Source of the DNA: a bacterium
GTDB lineage: Bacteria; Patescibacteriota; Minisyncoccia; Minisyncoccales; RBG-13-42-11
Length of the DNA: 51,468 nucleotides
Reading direction: 5' to 3'
NCBI GenBank assembly: GCA_030646565.1
Contig: JAUSLA010000015.1
Location: 1-51,468, forward strand
Numbering within the stretch: the first letter of the stretch is position 1; every line of letters starts with the position of its first letter. Positions 16,437-24,967 of this stretch are shown in pieces. The notes under the pieces are model-generated. The model saw nothing but the letters and a program-made list of their open reading frames with translations, was not told where the DNA came from and searched no databases. The translations under genes and the position numbers were made by a program.

Positions 16437-18224
16437 CTTATTTATTGCTCTGGCTCTATCTATTTTTGTCAGATATTGTTTTCGCAACCGGACGCTTTTT
16501 GGGGTAATTTCCAAGTATTCGTCATCGGTCATAACTTCAAGCCCTCGCTCAATCGTAAGTAAAAATGGAGGAGTAAGATCAATTGCTTCGTCTGAACTTT
16601 TGGAGCGCATATTAGTAAGCTGTTTGCCTTTTGTGGGATTCACATCCATATCGTTTCCTTTTGAGGTATTGCCTATGACCATACCAATATATACTTCTGT
16701 GCCCGGATCAATATAAAGCATGCCTCGCTCCTGGAGACCCCACAAGGAGTATCCAAGCGTCTTCCCGTTGGTCATAGAAATCATTGAACCAACTCTTCGC
16801 TTGCGGATCTCTCCCGCATACGGTTTAAATCCTAAGAAACGCGAAGAAAGAATGCCCTTGCCCTTCGTGTCAATTATAAACTGATTTCTGTAGCCCAAAA
16901 GCCCCCTTGTAGGCCCTTCCAATGTAAGCCGCACTATGTCGCCGCGCTGGGCAATATTGTTCAAAATACACGAGCGCGCGCCAAGCCGTTCAATAATCGC
17001 GCCTTGATATTCCTGCGGCGTATCAATAATGACCTCTTCAAATGGCTCGGAGACCTCGCCATCATTTTCCTTACGGAAAATGACCTGCGGATTGGAGACC
17101 TGTACTTCGTAACCAGCGCGTCTCATATTCTCAAGAAGAATCGCGATGTGCAGTTCGCCCCTGCCATACACCCTGAAAGTATCCGTTGATGTAAAATCAA
17201 CCCGCAAACCGACATTAACTTCCAACTCGCGTTTCAAATAATCCCGCAGTTCGCGGGACGTTACATGCGTCCCTTCTCGCCCCATAAATGGAGAGCTGTT
17301 CACTAAAAAGTTAAGGGTAATGGTTGGCTCATCAATCGCGATAGCTGGAAGCGGTTCTGCGTTCGCATCGGTTGTTACCGTTTCGCCAATATCAATATCC
17401 GGCAGTCCGGCAATAAGCGCGATATCGCCTGCGCTTGTTTCTTGGACATCTATTCTTTCCAATCCATTGAAAGTAAAAATTTTAGTAATTTTGCCGGAGC
17501 GGATTTCGCCATTCTGTTTTTTCACAAACACATTGTCTCCGGATTTAAGAATGCCTTCATACACGCGCCCCACCGCCATGCGTCCTAAAAAATTATCATA
17601 GGCAAGATTAAATGGCTGGAACCGCAAGGGTTTTAAGTCCAATAATTCTGACGAAGCGCAGGGAACATAAGAAAGAATCATATCCAGAAGCGGCGTAAGA
17701 TCTTTTGATTCATCTTCAAGTTTAAGCTTTGCAACGCCTTGGCGGCCGACAGCGTAGACAACCGGAAAATTTGCCTGGTTGTCGTCAGCTCCAAGTTCCA
17801 GGAAAAGCTCGAGCACTTGTTCTTCCGCTTTTTTAGGATCTGCGGCTGTTTTATCTATTTTATTTATTATTACTATGGGTTTTAATCCAAATTCCAGGGA
17901 TTTTTTTAAAACGAAGCGGGTTTGCGGCATAGGGCCTTCTTGCGCGTCCACAACTAAAAGCACGGAGTCAATTGAACGCAAAACTCTTTCCACTTCCGAG
18001 CCGAAATCTGCATGGCCGGGAGTGTCCACTATATTTATCTTCGTACCGCGAAAAGAAATAGCCGCATTTTTTGAATAAATGGTAATGCCGCGTTCAAGTT
18101 CCAGCGCGTTTGAATCCATTGAAACCCCTTCTTTAAAAGCTCCGGTTTGGCGCAACAAAGCATCGGTCAAAGTTGTTTTGCCGTGATCAACATGAGCAAT
18201 GATAGCGATGTTTCTTATTTCCAT
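16434..18224 (-). CDS. typA: Translational GTPase TypA/BipA
   Basis: RNIAIIAHVDHGKTT, DTPGHADF..EVER, GRGELH, K.KQLTNMR and EITP...RLRK motifs. Confidence 0.97.
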   Translation of the reverse strand: MEIRNIAIIAHVDHGKTTLTDALLRQTGAFKEGVSMDSNALELERGITIYSKNAAISFRGTKINIVDTPGHADFGSEVERVLRSIDSVLLVVDAQEGPMPQTRFVLKKSLEFGLKPIVIINKIDKTAADPKKAEEQVLELFLELGADDNQANFPVVYAVGRQGVAKLKLEDESKDLTPLLDMILSYVPCASSELLDLKPLRFQPFNLAYDNFLGRMAVGRVYEGILKSGDNVFVKKQNGEIRSGKITKIFTFNGLERIDVQETSAGDIALIAGLPDIDIGETVTTDANAEPLPAIAIDEPTITLNFLVNSSPFMGREGTHVTSRELRDYLKRELEVNVGLRVDFTSTDTFRVYGRGELHIAILLENMRRAGYEVQVSNPQVIFRKENDGEVSEPFEEVIIDTPQEYQGAIIERLGARSCILNNIAQRGDIVRLTLEGPTRGLLGYRNQFIIDTKGKGILSSRFLGFKPYAGEIRKRRVGSMISMTNGKTLGYSLWGLQERGMLYIDPGTEVYIGMVIGNTSKGNDMDVNPTKGKQLTNMRSKSSDEAIDLTPPFLLTIERGLEVMTDDEYLEITPKSVRLRKQYLTKIDRARAINK

Positions 18225-18347
18225 AGCGAGTCCCATTTATGGGACGAAGCTGAAGAAGAGGACGCAGTCCTCTTCGCCTACCGAGTTTTTATGTAATAAA
18301 AACGAAGGTTAAAGGGAAGATGAAGCAACAGCTTCATCGCCCGCCTA
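18225..18347 (+). repeat. Two head-to-tail family A elements (18225-18280, 18280-18347)
   Basis: agcgagtcccatttatgggacgaagctgaagaagaggacgcagtcctcttcgcct, then accgagtttttatgtaataaaaacgaagg..gatgaagcaacagcttcatcgcc. Confidence 0.88.
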
Positions 18348-18364
18348 CCGATTCGCCTCTCTTT

Positions 18365-19585
18365 CTACCCTTCAACAAACGTAATCGCTATGCCTCTTTT
18401 ATTCCAACGGCCGGTACGCCCGATGCGGTGGATGTAGTCATCGTAAGTTGCCGGTATATCATAGTTGATGACGTGGCTTACATCGGCAATATCAAGGCCT
18501 CTGGCCGCAACATCAGTTGCAACCAAAACCTGGACGCGATTATCCTTAAACATGCCGAGCGCTTTTTGGCGTTGCGGATGGCTCTTGTTTCCATGTATGG
18601 ATTCCACCTTAAAACCTTTGCCGGCAAGCATTCTTGAAAGTTTTTCCACTCCGTATTTCGTGCGTCCGAAGATGAGCACCTTATTAAATTCTGCCTGATT
18701 TAAAAGATTATTAAGAATATCTAATTTTGTTTTGCCCTGCTCTATTCTAATAATATCCTGTTCAACATTTTTTGAAGTGTCTCTGGTCTTTACCGAAATC
18801 CTTATCGGATTCTTAGTAAATTCTTTGATAACCCTTTCTATATCGTTTGAAAGAGTTGCCGAGAAAAAAAGCGTCTGGTGTTCTTTTGACATTTCATTCA
18901 TTAAAAAGCGCGTGTCATTGATAAATCCCATATCAAGCATTCTGTCCGCCTCGTCCAGCACAACAGTGGTAAACCTGGACAGGTTAATCATTCTTCTTTC
19001 CATCAAATCTTTTAGGCGTCCGGGCGTGCCAATAATTAAGCTGTAATTATAGCGAAGTTCTGAAATCTGCCTGCCAATACTCATGCCCCCAACGCAACAA
19101 ACAGAAAAGACTCTCATTCCTTTAGCAAAAAATTTAAGATCCTGGTCGATTTGAATTGCGAGTTCGCGAGTCGGAGCAACAATTAAAATTTGTTCTCTTG
19201 GATTTTGCAGAATTTTATTAATGAGAGGTAAAAGAAAAGCGGCTGTCTTTCCCGTGCCGGTATCAGCAATACCTACGACGTCAAAACCTGCAATAATGTG
19301 CGGGATAATTTGGTCTTGAATAGGCGTTGGCGCATTGTAACCCTTAGCCATAACAGTTCTTATTAGCCGCTGGTCAATTTTAAAATCCTGAAACTTATGT
19401 TTAGATATGAAATTTTCATCTCTTTCAGCGGTAAGCGCTTTGTTAACAAACCTTTTGGGATCTATTCTTTCCCCGGGCCGGCCTCCCGGCCTTCTGCGGC
19501 CAAAACCTAAAGAACCCGCACTCTTTTGGTGGGATTGAAAAAGATATTTTTTCGGTCTTCTATTACTAAAACTTCTTGTATACAT
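18365..19585 (-). CDS. DEAD-box RNA helicase (RhlE-like)
   Basis: Q motif, GTGKT, PTRELA, TPGRL, DEAD, SAT, ARGLD and HRIGRTGR. Confidence 0.96.
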   Translation of the reverse strand: MYTRSFSNRRPKKYLFQSHQKSAGSLGFGRRRPGGRPGERIDPKRFVNKALTAERDENFISKHKFQDFKIDQRLIRTVMAKGYNAPTPIQDQIIPHIIAGFDVVGIADTGTGKTAAFLLPLINKILQNPREQILIVAPTRELAIQIDQDLKFFAKGMRVFSVCCVGGMSIGRQISELRYNYSLIIGTPGRLKDLMERRMINLSRFTTVVLDEADRMLDMGFINDTRFLMNEMSKEHQTLFFSATLSNDIERVIKEFTKNPIRISVKTRDTSKNVEQDIIRIEQGKTKLDILNNLLNQAEFNKVLIFGRTKYGVEKLSRMLAGKGFKVESIHGNKSHPQRQKALGMFKDNRVQVLVATDVAARGLDIADVSHVINYDIPATYDDYIHRIGRTGRWNKRGIAITFVEG

Positions 19586-19610
19586 AATTTTTTCGTAACT
19601 TCCGGCTTTT

Positions 19611-19790
19611 GTCGATGAAGTTTGCCTCCTTCGGAGTTTACCTTCATCTTCACCTTCACTTCTGCTTTCGCAGAAGCTCGGTAAATAAAAAAGACCGGTT
19701 GGTCTCGTAGATTTTTTAATAGGGCTTTTATGCCTTAAATTTTTTAGTCGAAGAACATTTGTTCTTCTCCACCCTTCGCTGCGACTCGGG
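19611..19790 (-). repeat. Family A (19611-19682) and family B (19746-19790) elements in the helicase leader
   Basis: gtcgatgaag..cttcatcttcaccttcacttctgctttcgcagaagctcggt; agtcgaagaacatttgttcttctccacccttcgctgcgactcgg. Confidence 0.85.
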
Positions 19791-19841
19791 TATGATAATA
19801 TTCTCTAAAAAATAAAAACTATGAGATTTGACTACAGTGAT

Positions 19842-19870
19842 AGTATATATTAAAACCAATCTTTTGTCAA
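19842..19870 (-). promoter_or_regulatory. Consensus-like promoter for the DEAD-box helicase (~250-nt leader)
   Basis: TTGACA (19870-19865), 17 nt, TATACT (19847-19842). Confidence 0.72.
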
Positions 19871-19872
19871 TA

Positions 19873-19968
19873 ACCGAGTCCCGCTTCGCGAAGAATAATT
19901 GTTCTTCTTTACCCTTCGCTTCGCTCGGGTGCGGGATGAATGAAGAAGAAAACGCAGCTTTCTTCGCC
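19873..19968 (+). repeat. Family A element with a nested inverted B module (about 19888-19928) in the hairpin-1 loop
   Basis: accgagtcccgcttc[gcgaagaataattgttcttctttacccttcgcttcgctcgg]gtgcgggatgaatgaagaagaaaacgcagctttcttcgcc. Confidence 0.82.
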
Positions 19969-19971
19969 GTA

Positions 19972-20496
19972 AAAAATAATACATTTCGCATTTTAAAAGG
20001 AGCTGAAACGAATATCTTAAACGATGGTAAGATAGACATTAAAGACGAGGCCTTGAAAAAACTGGATTATGTTATCGCCGGCATTCATTCTTCTTTAAAA
20101 ATGGAAAAATCCAAAATGACGGAAAGAATTATTCGGGCAATGAAAAATCCAAACGTTGATATTATTTCCCATCCGACAGGCCGAATCTTGAAAGCAAGGG
20201 ATGAATATCAAATTGACTTTGACAAGATTTTAAGAGCGGCTAAAGAATACAACGTTATTTTGGAAATAAACGCTTTTCCTGCTAGATTAGATCTTAACGA
20301 CCAGAATATCAGGAGGGCGAAATCAGCTGGAGTAAAAATGGCAATCAATACAGACGCTCATAAAAAAGACCAATTGAGATTTATTGAATTTGGAATAGCT
20401 CAAGCCAGGCGGGGTTGGGCGGAAAAAGAAGACATTATCAATACCCAGCCATTAGAAAAATTATTAGCTGAGTTCCGCTTTGCGGAACGAAAGTGA
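19972..20496 (+). pseudogene. 5'-truncated PHP domain (PolX/YcdX-type C-terminal part)
   Basis: ILKGAE.NI, IAGIHS, IISHPTGR, LEINA.P.RLD and INTDAH are present. The N-terminal HxH and DH motifs are missing, and both ends are repeat-derived. Confidence 0.7.
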
Positions 20497-20523
20497 AGAT
20501 GAGGACGCAGTCCTCACCGCCTA
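20468..20523 (+). repeat. Family A element supplying the C-terminus and stop of the PHP ORF
   Basis: ctgagttccgctttgcggaacgaaagtgaagatgaggacgcagtcctcaccgccta, read as EFRFAERK*. Confidence 0.88.
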
Positions 20524-20526
20524 AAT

Positions 20527-21030
20527 ATGCCAATAGAAAAATCAGCCGGAGCAGTAATTTTTAGAAGGGAATCCTTCACCGCGGCTCAAGCCGTTCGAGG
20601 CTCTGAGGAGTCCTCAGGCTCTCGAAGAGGTAAAAAAACAGAGTTTTTTTACCTTCTTTTGCATTATCCCAGCGAAAAGAGAGCGAAAAAAGAATATTGG
20701 GGTTTACCCAAGGGGCACATTGAAAAAGGGGAAACAATTGAACAAGCCGCTAAAAGGGAAACTAAAGAAGAAACTGGATTGATAGATATTAATTTTGAGC
20801 CAGGATTTCAAGAGGAAGAAAAGTATTTTTTTATGAAAGAAGGCAAGAGAATTTTTAAAACAGTCACTTTTTTATTGGGAGCGGCAAAAACAAAAGAAAT
20901 TACGCTTTCTTTTGAACATATCGGCTTTTTATGGCTGTCTTACGGAGAGGCCTTGGATAAGCTTACTTTTAAAAATGCCAAAGAAATTCTTCGAAAAGCA
21001 AATGACTTCCTTTCAAGAAAGAGTGTATAG
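20527..21030 (+). CDS. Nudix hydrolase (Ap4A hydrolase-like) with a ~19-aa palindromic insert
   Basis: EKSAGAVIF and the Nudix box PKGHIEKGET...AAKRETKEETG. The insert at 20571-20627 contains TTCGAG..CTGAGG-AGT-CCTCAG..CTCGAA. Confidence 0.9.
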   Translation: MPIEKSAGAVIFRRESFTAAQAVRGSEESSGSRRGKKTEFFYLLLHYPSEKRAKKEYWGLPKGHIEKGETIEQAAKRETKEETGLIDINFEPGFQEEEKYFFMKEGKRIFKTVTFLLGAAKTKEITLSFEHIGFLWLSYGEALDKLTFKNAKEILRKANDFLSRKSV

Positions 21031-21049
21031 AGTTGTAAAAAAATCCCAA
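21002..21049 (+). pseudogene. 5' stub of an MGMT/ATL-family gene
   Basis: MTSFQERVYRVVKK is followed by a frameshift in an A7 run just before ATC CCA (IP). This resembles the F.E.VY..V..IP start of ATL/MGMT proteins. Confidence 0.5.
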
Positions 21050-21252
21050 TGGAACAAAAAGAAAAACCTCTTTACTAAAAAGAGAAGGAGTGCTAATAAA
21101 AAATGGGAGGTCTATTTTGTAAGTTCTTATAAGAACTTACAAACGACCCGATCAAATTTCTACAAAGAAATTTGATTTGGGGATTGTTCTTTGACAATTG
21201 ACAACCTGGGAGAAAAAGCAAAAAAGATAAACTTCAAGAAAGGAGAGAAAAA

Positions 21253-22659
21253 ATGTGTGGGATATTCGGGATAGTCAGCAATACAGATGTGGTCTCGAAA
21301 GTTTCCCTTGGTCTTTACGATCTTCAGCATCGGGGAGAGCAAGCCGTTGGGGTAGTTACTTCTGACGGTCAAAGATTACAACATTATAAAAGAGAAGGTT
21401 TGGTTATCGAAGCCTTTGGCGAGGAAAACCGGGAAGAAATTTTCCGGGAACTTTTGGGCAGATTTGGAATAGGTCACACTCTTTATTCTACAATAGGAAG
21501 GGGAGGAGAAAAGAAACAACCAAAAACTTTCCAGCCCTTAATTGGCAATTTTCATGGTCAGCCTTTTGCAATTGGACATAATGGCAATCTAATAGATATT
21601 GAGGAATTAAGGAAAGAAGCTGAAGGGAAAGGATATCAATTTCAGTCGAAGGTTTCTGATACCGAGATAATCGTGGCCCTTCTATCAACTTCCTCTGAAA
21701 AAGATTTTCTTGAAGCATTGATAAAGACTCTTCGCAGGCTGAAGGGATCATTTGCTTTAACTATTTTGTTTAAAGATAAAGTGTTTGGGGTGAGAAGTAA
21801 GTACGGTGTTAGGCCTCTTTGCCTTGGTCGAGACGAATCGAGTTTCATTTTGGCCTCGGAAAGTTGCGCTTTCTATACATTGGGGGCCAGTTTTGTCAGA
21901 GAAATCCAGCCGGGAGAAATAATAATTTTAGGAAAAAACGGAATCGAGAACTCTTTTATCTGGGCAGAAAATCCTCAGCTTCGACTCTGCGTATTTGAAT
22001 ATATCTACTTTGCCAGGCCAGACAGCAAGCTTGCTAATCAAAGTGTTTACTCCTACCGAGAAAATGCCGGCCGGGAAGTAGCTGCCGAGCATCCGGTTAG
22101 GGCAGATATGGTTTGTTCGGTACCAGAATCCGGCGAGATTTATAATTACAGCATTGCTCAAGCTCTTGGAATTCCGGTTCGGAAAGCTATTTTCCGAAGT
22201 CGCTATTTCACAACCAAAATCTTTTTGACTTCTCGGGATACTGACCGACGAGCCCTGGTGAGAAAAAAACTTCATGTCCTAAGAGAGGTTGTCCACGGTA
22301 AGAGGGTGGTAATCAGCGAGGATTCTATCGTCCGGGCTGATACTTCACCGGTAATAGTAGCTATGCTCAGGGAGGCAGGAGCAAGTGAAGTCCATTTAAG
22401 GGTGGGTTCTCCTCCTCTCCGCTGGCCTTGCTTTTTAGGGATTGATATGGCTACTAGAGTAGAGCTAGCGGCAGCAGATTTAACCGTAGAGGAAATAGGA
22501 AGGAAGATTATCCGGACAGATTCCCTTGGTTATCTTAGTCTTGATGGAATGATAACAGCTTCTGGCTTACCAAGAAAAAATCTTTGTTTAGGGTGTTTTA
22601 CTGGAGAATATCCAATTGAACCGCCCGAGAACTGGAACTCAAAACCGCCTTCTTGCTGA
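21253..22659 (+). CDS. purF: Amidophosphoribosyltransferase (PurF) homologue, divergent
   Basis: MCGIFG Ntn Cys, LQHRG, HNGNL, CVFEYIYFARPDS, PCFLGID and CLGCF motifs. Upstream AAGGAG. Confidence 0.88.
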   Translation: MCGIFGIVSNTDVVSKVSLGLYDLQHRGEQAVGVVTSDGQRLQHYKREGLVIEAFGEENREEIFRELLGRFGIGHTLYSTIGRGGEKKQPKTFQPLIGNFHGQPFAIGHNGNLIDIEELRKEAEGKGYQFQSKVSDTEIIVALLSTSSEKDFLEALIKTLRRLKGSFALTILFKDKVFGVRSKYGVRPLCLGRDESSFILASESCAFYTLGASFVREIQPGEIIILGKNGIENSFIWAENPQLRLCVFEYIYFARPDSKLANQSVYSYRENAGREVAAEHPVRADMVCSVPESGEIYNYSIAQALGIPVRKAIFRSRYFTTKIFLTSRDTDRRALVRKKLHVLREVVHGKRVVISEDSIVRADTSPVIVAMLREAGASEVHLRVGSPPLRWPCFLGIDMATRVELAAADLTVEEIGRKIIRTDSLGYLSLDGMITASGLPRKNLCLGCFTGEYPIEPPENWNSKPPSC

Positions 22660-22673
22660 GGCGGTTCTTTTTT
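22642..22673 (+). terminator. Intrinsic terminator after purF
   Basis: AACCGCCT-TCTTGCTG-AGGCGGTT followed by CTTTTTT. Confidence 0.7.
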
Positions 22674-22700
22674 GGATTAATAGAATATCAGAAGATAAAA

Positions 22701-23048
22701 TTATCCGTTTACCTTCTCTATTATTTTTGTGAAAATTTGCGGATTGTTTTGAGCCAAATTTGAGAGAATTTTTCTGTCCAAGGCGATATTTTTTTGCTTT
22801 AATCCGTAAATAAATTTGCTATAAGAAATTCCCTGCTCTCGGCAGGCAGCGTTAATTTTGATTTGCCAAAGCGCTCTTTTTTCTCTTTTTTTAACTCTTC
22901 TGTCGCGATAAGCGTATTTCCAAGCATGGTAGAGCGCGTCTTTTGCCAATTTATATTTTGCTTTTCTTCCCCAACGAAAACCCTTGGCATATTTTAGCAG
23001 ATGCTTTCTTTTTTTGTGGGCAATTTTTCCTCTTTTTACTCTCGCCAT
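22701..23048 (-). CDS. rplT: 50S ribosomal protein L20
   Basis: MARVKRG, AKGF, YAYRDRR..KR..R.LW and SYSKFI.GL motifs. Confidence 0.97.
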   Translation of the reverse strand: MARVKRGKIAHKKRKHLLKYAKGFRWGRKAKYKLAKDALYHAWKYAYRDRRVKKREKRALWQIKINAACREQGISYSKFIYGLKQKNIALDRKILSNLAQNNPQIFTKIIEKVNG

Positions 23049-23058
23049 GGTTAGCTTA

Positions 23059-23247
23059 TTAGCTTTTTAGCAATTGTTTTATTTTTTTAGCTTCGTTTTT
23101 TGAAACTTCAATTAATTTCCGCCTTTTTCTTATTTTCTTTCCCGATTTTTTTGCCAGAAAATGGTCAAGACCGGTAGATCTTCTTAATATCTTGCCGGTT
23201 TTAGTGAATTTGAAGCGTTTTAAGATTGATTTTCGTATTTTCCCCAT
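23059..23247 (-). CDS. rpmI: 50S ribosomal protein L35
   Basis: KRFKFTKTGKI..H.LAKKS; lies between infC and rplT. Confidence 0.93.
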   Translation of the reverse strand: MGKIRKSILKRFKFTKTGKILRRSTGLDHFLAKKSGKKIRKRRKLIEVSKNEAKKIKQLLKS

Positions 23248-23249
23248 AA

Positions 23250-23306
23250 ATCGAGTCCTGCTTTGCGGGACGAAGATGAAGATGAGGACGAAGTCCTCAT
23301 CGCCTA
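23250..23306 (+). repeat. Family A element filling the infC-rpmI spacer
   Basis: atcgagtcctgctttgcgggacgaagatgaagatgaggacgaagtcctcatcgccta. Confidence 0.9.
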
Positions 23307-23819
23307 TTAACCTTTTGCGATAACGATTGTCAATCCTCTTGGCTCTCTTTTCAATTCCCGTTCAATTTTTATCGGGATAAATCCATCTATAATATTCAAG
23401 AATTTATTCATTTTCTCCCTGGCAAGATTCTGAAAGGCCTTTTCCCGGCCCCTAAGGCGCAGTTCAACAAAAATCCTATCCCCTTTTTTCAAAAATTTTT
23501 CCGCCTGGCGAGCCCTTACTTCCAAGTCATGAATAGAGATATTATAGCTCAATCTTATTCCTTTCGTTTCTCCCCCCACGTGTTTTTTGGCCTCTTTTTC
23601 TCTTTTCTCTTCCTGATAAAGATATTTGCCAAAATCTCCCAATTTACATACGGGCGGATCCACTTTTTCGGTAACCTGTATTAAGTCCAAATTGCGCTCC
23701 TGGGCCATTCGCCCGGCTTCCTCAAAACTAACAATGCCCAGTTGTTTTCCAGTTTCGTCAATTAATCTCACTTGAGCAGCTCTTATTTGGTTGTTGACTA
23801 ATATTCTTTTGTTCAAGAT
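23307..23819 (-). CDS. infC: Translation initiation factor IF-3, non-AUG start (ATC 23819 or TTG 23816)
   Basis: N.QIRA.QVRLID..G.QLG, PPVCK..DFGKY.Y, I..HDL and RGRE motifs; no ATG at the N-terminus. Confidence 0.95.
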   Translation of the reverse strand: MLNKRILVNNQIRAAQVRLIDETGKQLGIVSFEEAGRMAQERNLDLIQVTEKVDPPVCKLGDFGKYLYQEEKREKEAKKHVGGETKGIRLSYNISIHDLEVRARQAEKFLKKGDRIFVELRLRGREKAFQNLAREKMNKFLNIIDGFIPIKIERELKREPRGLTIVIAKG

Positions 23820-23828
23820 TTTCGATTG

Positions 23829-24179
23829 TGGAGATGGCGGGATTTGGACCCGCGTCTGAAGAGTTTGGCTAAAATAATTCTACAAGCTTAGTTTGGTTTA
23901 ATAAAAAACATAGAATTAAAACCAGACAAAACTTCTATATCTTTAATCCATCCATTTTCAGCGGTTTTTCTGGATTAAGAAAAGCCGCTTATCTCGCTGA
24001 TTTTTGACACTCATTTCCGCATAGCGAGAATCATCGGAACTGAATGGTCCAGCTACTTAAGCGTAAGCTAGGACGGGTTGTTTGAATAAGTTGGCACTTA
24101 TCCGATTGTTAGTTTTTACAAGAGCTAACAACTTGGCTTGCGTATTTCAGTTCATTCTTCATCGAAGCCATTCATCCCC
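23829..24179 (-). ncRNA. ssrA: tmRNA; tag peptide (A)ANLFKQPVLAYA at 24095-24057
   Basis: Acceptor stem GGGGAUG/CAUCUCC-A with a G3-U pair, T-arm GCGGG-UCCAAAU-CCCGC, resume context AUAAGU-GCC, tag ending LAYA, adjacent to smpB. CCA is not encoded. Confidence 0.95.
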
Positions 24180-24244
24180 TCTATACAAAGATTTCAAAAA
24201 AATCTTTGTCGAGCCCGACCCCGTTACGAGCGGGGTATAGGGCA

Positions 24245-24691
24245 TTATCTCATTTTTAGCTCTTTTGCAATTTCCCTCTTGGTTTCCCGTTTTTTTATTG
24301 CCTCTCTCTTGTCAGCTGTCTTCTTTCCCTTTGCCAGTCCGAATTCCAGTTTTATTCTTCTTTTTACATTATATACCCTTAGCGGCGTCAAAGTCAACCC
24401 TTTTTGTTTTGTTTTGCCGATTAGGTATTTTATTTCCGCTTTTTTCAAAAGCAGCTTCTTTGGCCTTTCTTCTTCATAGTCCTCGGGCGCGTTTTTAGGC
24501 TGATAGGCCGGGACTTTCGCCCCGACCCAGAAAGCTTCCTCTCCTCTTAAAATAACATAAGATCCGGCTAAATTCACTTTGCCCGCTTTTATTGATTTTA
24601 CTTCCTGGCCGAGCAGAGAAATCCCTGCCTCAAACTTTTCCAGGATTTCATAATTGAAATAAGCCTTTTTATTCTCAGCAAATATTTTCAC
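24245..24691 (-). CDS. smpB: SsrA-binding protein
   Basis: ENKKAYFNY....FEAGI.L.G.EVKS, R.KKLLL...EI and KGKK..DKRE.IK motifs. Confidence 0.97.
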   Translation of the reverse strand: MKIFAENKKAYFNYEILEKFEAGISLLGQEVKSIKAGKVNLAGSYVILRGEEAFWVGAKVPAYQPKNAPEDYEEERPKKLLLKKAEIKYLIGKTKQKGLTLTPLRVYNVKRRIKLEFGLAKGKKTADKREAIKKRETKREIAKELKMR

Positions 24692-24821
24692 CCCGTAGAA
24701 GTCTGTTATTATATAGCCTACAGCTAATTTTAGACAGACCTTTGTCTTTTTAATTCTATCCCGTTATTACAGAGCAGAAAAAATTTTTTATAATTTTTTC
24801 TGCCAAAGACCTCTAACGGGG
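24691..24821. mobile_element. 131-bp MITE inserted at the smpB start
   Basis: Ends CCCCGTAGA/TCTAACGGGG, with TTCA duplicated (24687-24690, 24822-24825). Removal gives ATGAAAATATTT. Confidence 0.85.
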
Positions 24822-24856
24822 TTCATCTCTTTTATTTTAGCAAAAAATGATATAAA

Positions 24857-24955
24857 CCCCGTTAGAAGTCATCATTTTTTGCTAAATTCATTTTACCTCT
24901 TTATTCTATCTTAAACTGATTATTTTTCAATCTTGATTTTGAATTTCTAACGGGG
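24857..24955. mobile_element. 99-bp MITE upstream of argS
   Basis: Perfect 11-bp TIR CCCCGTTAGAA/TTCTAACGGGG, with TAAA duplicated (24853-24856, 24956-24959). Confidence 0.87.
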
Positions 24956-24967
24956 TAAACTTAAACT

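Noticed and set aside
23829..23860. tRNA gene
   Set aside because: The T-arm and acceptor half belong to tmRNA, whose 5' acceptor strand is 350 nt away at 24179.
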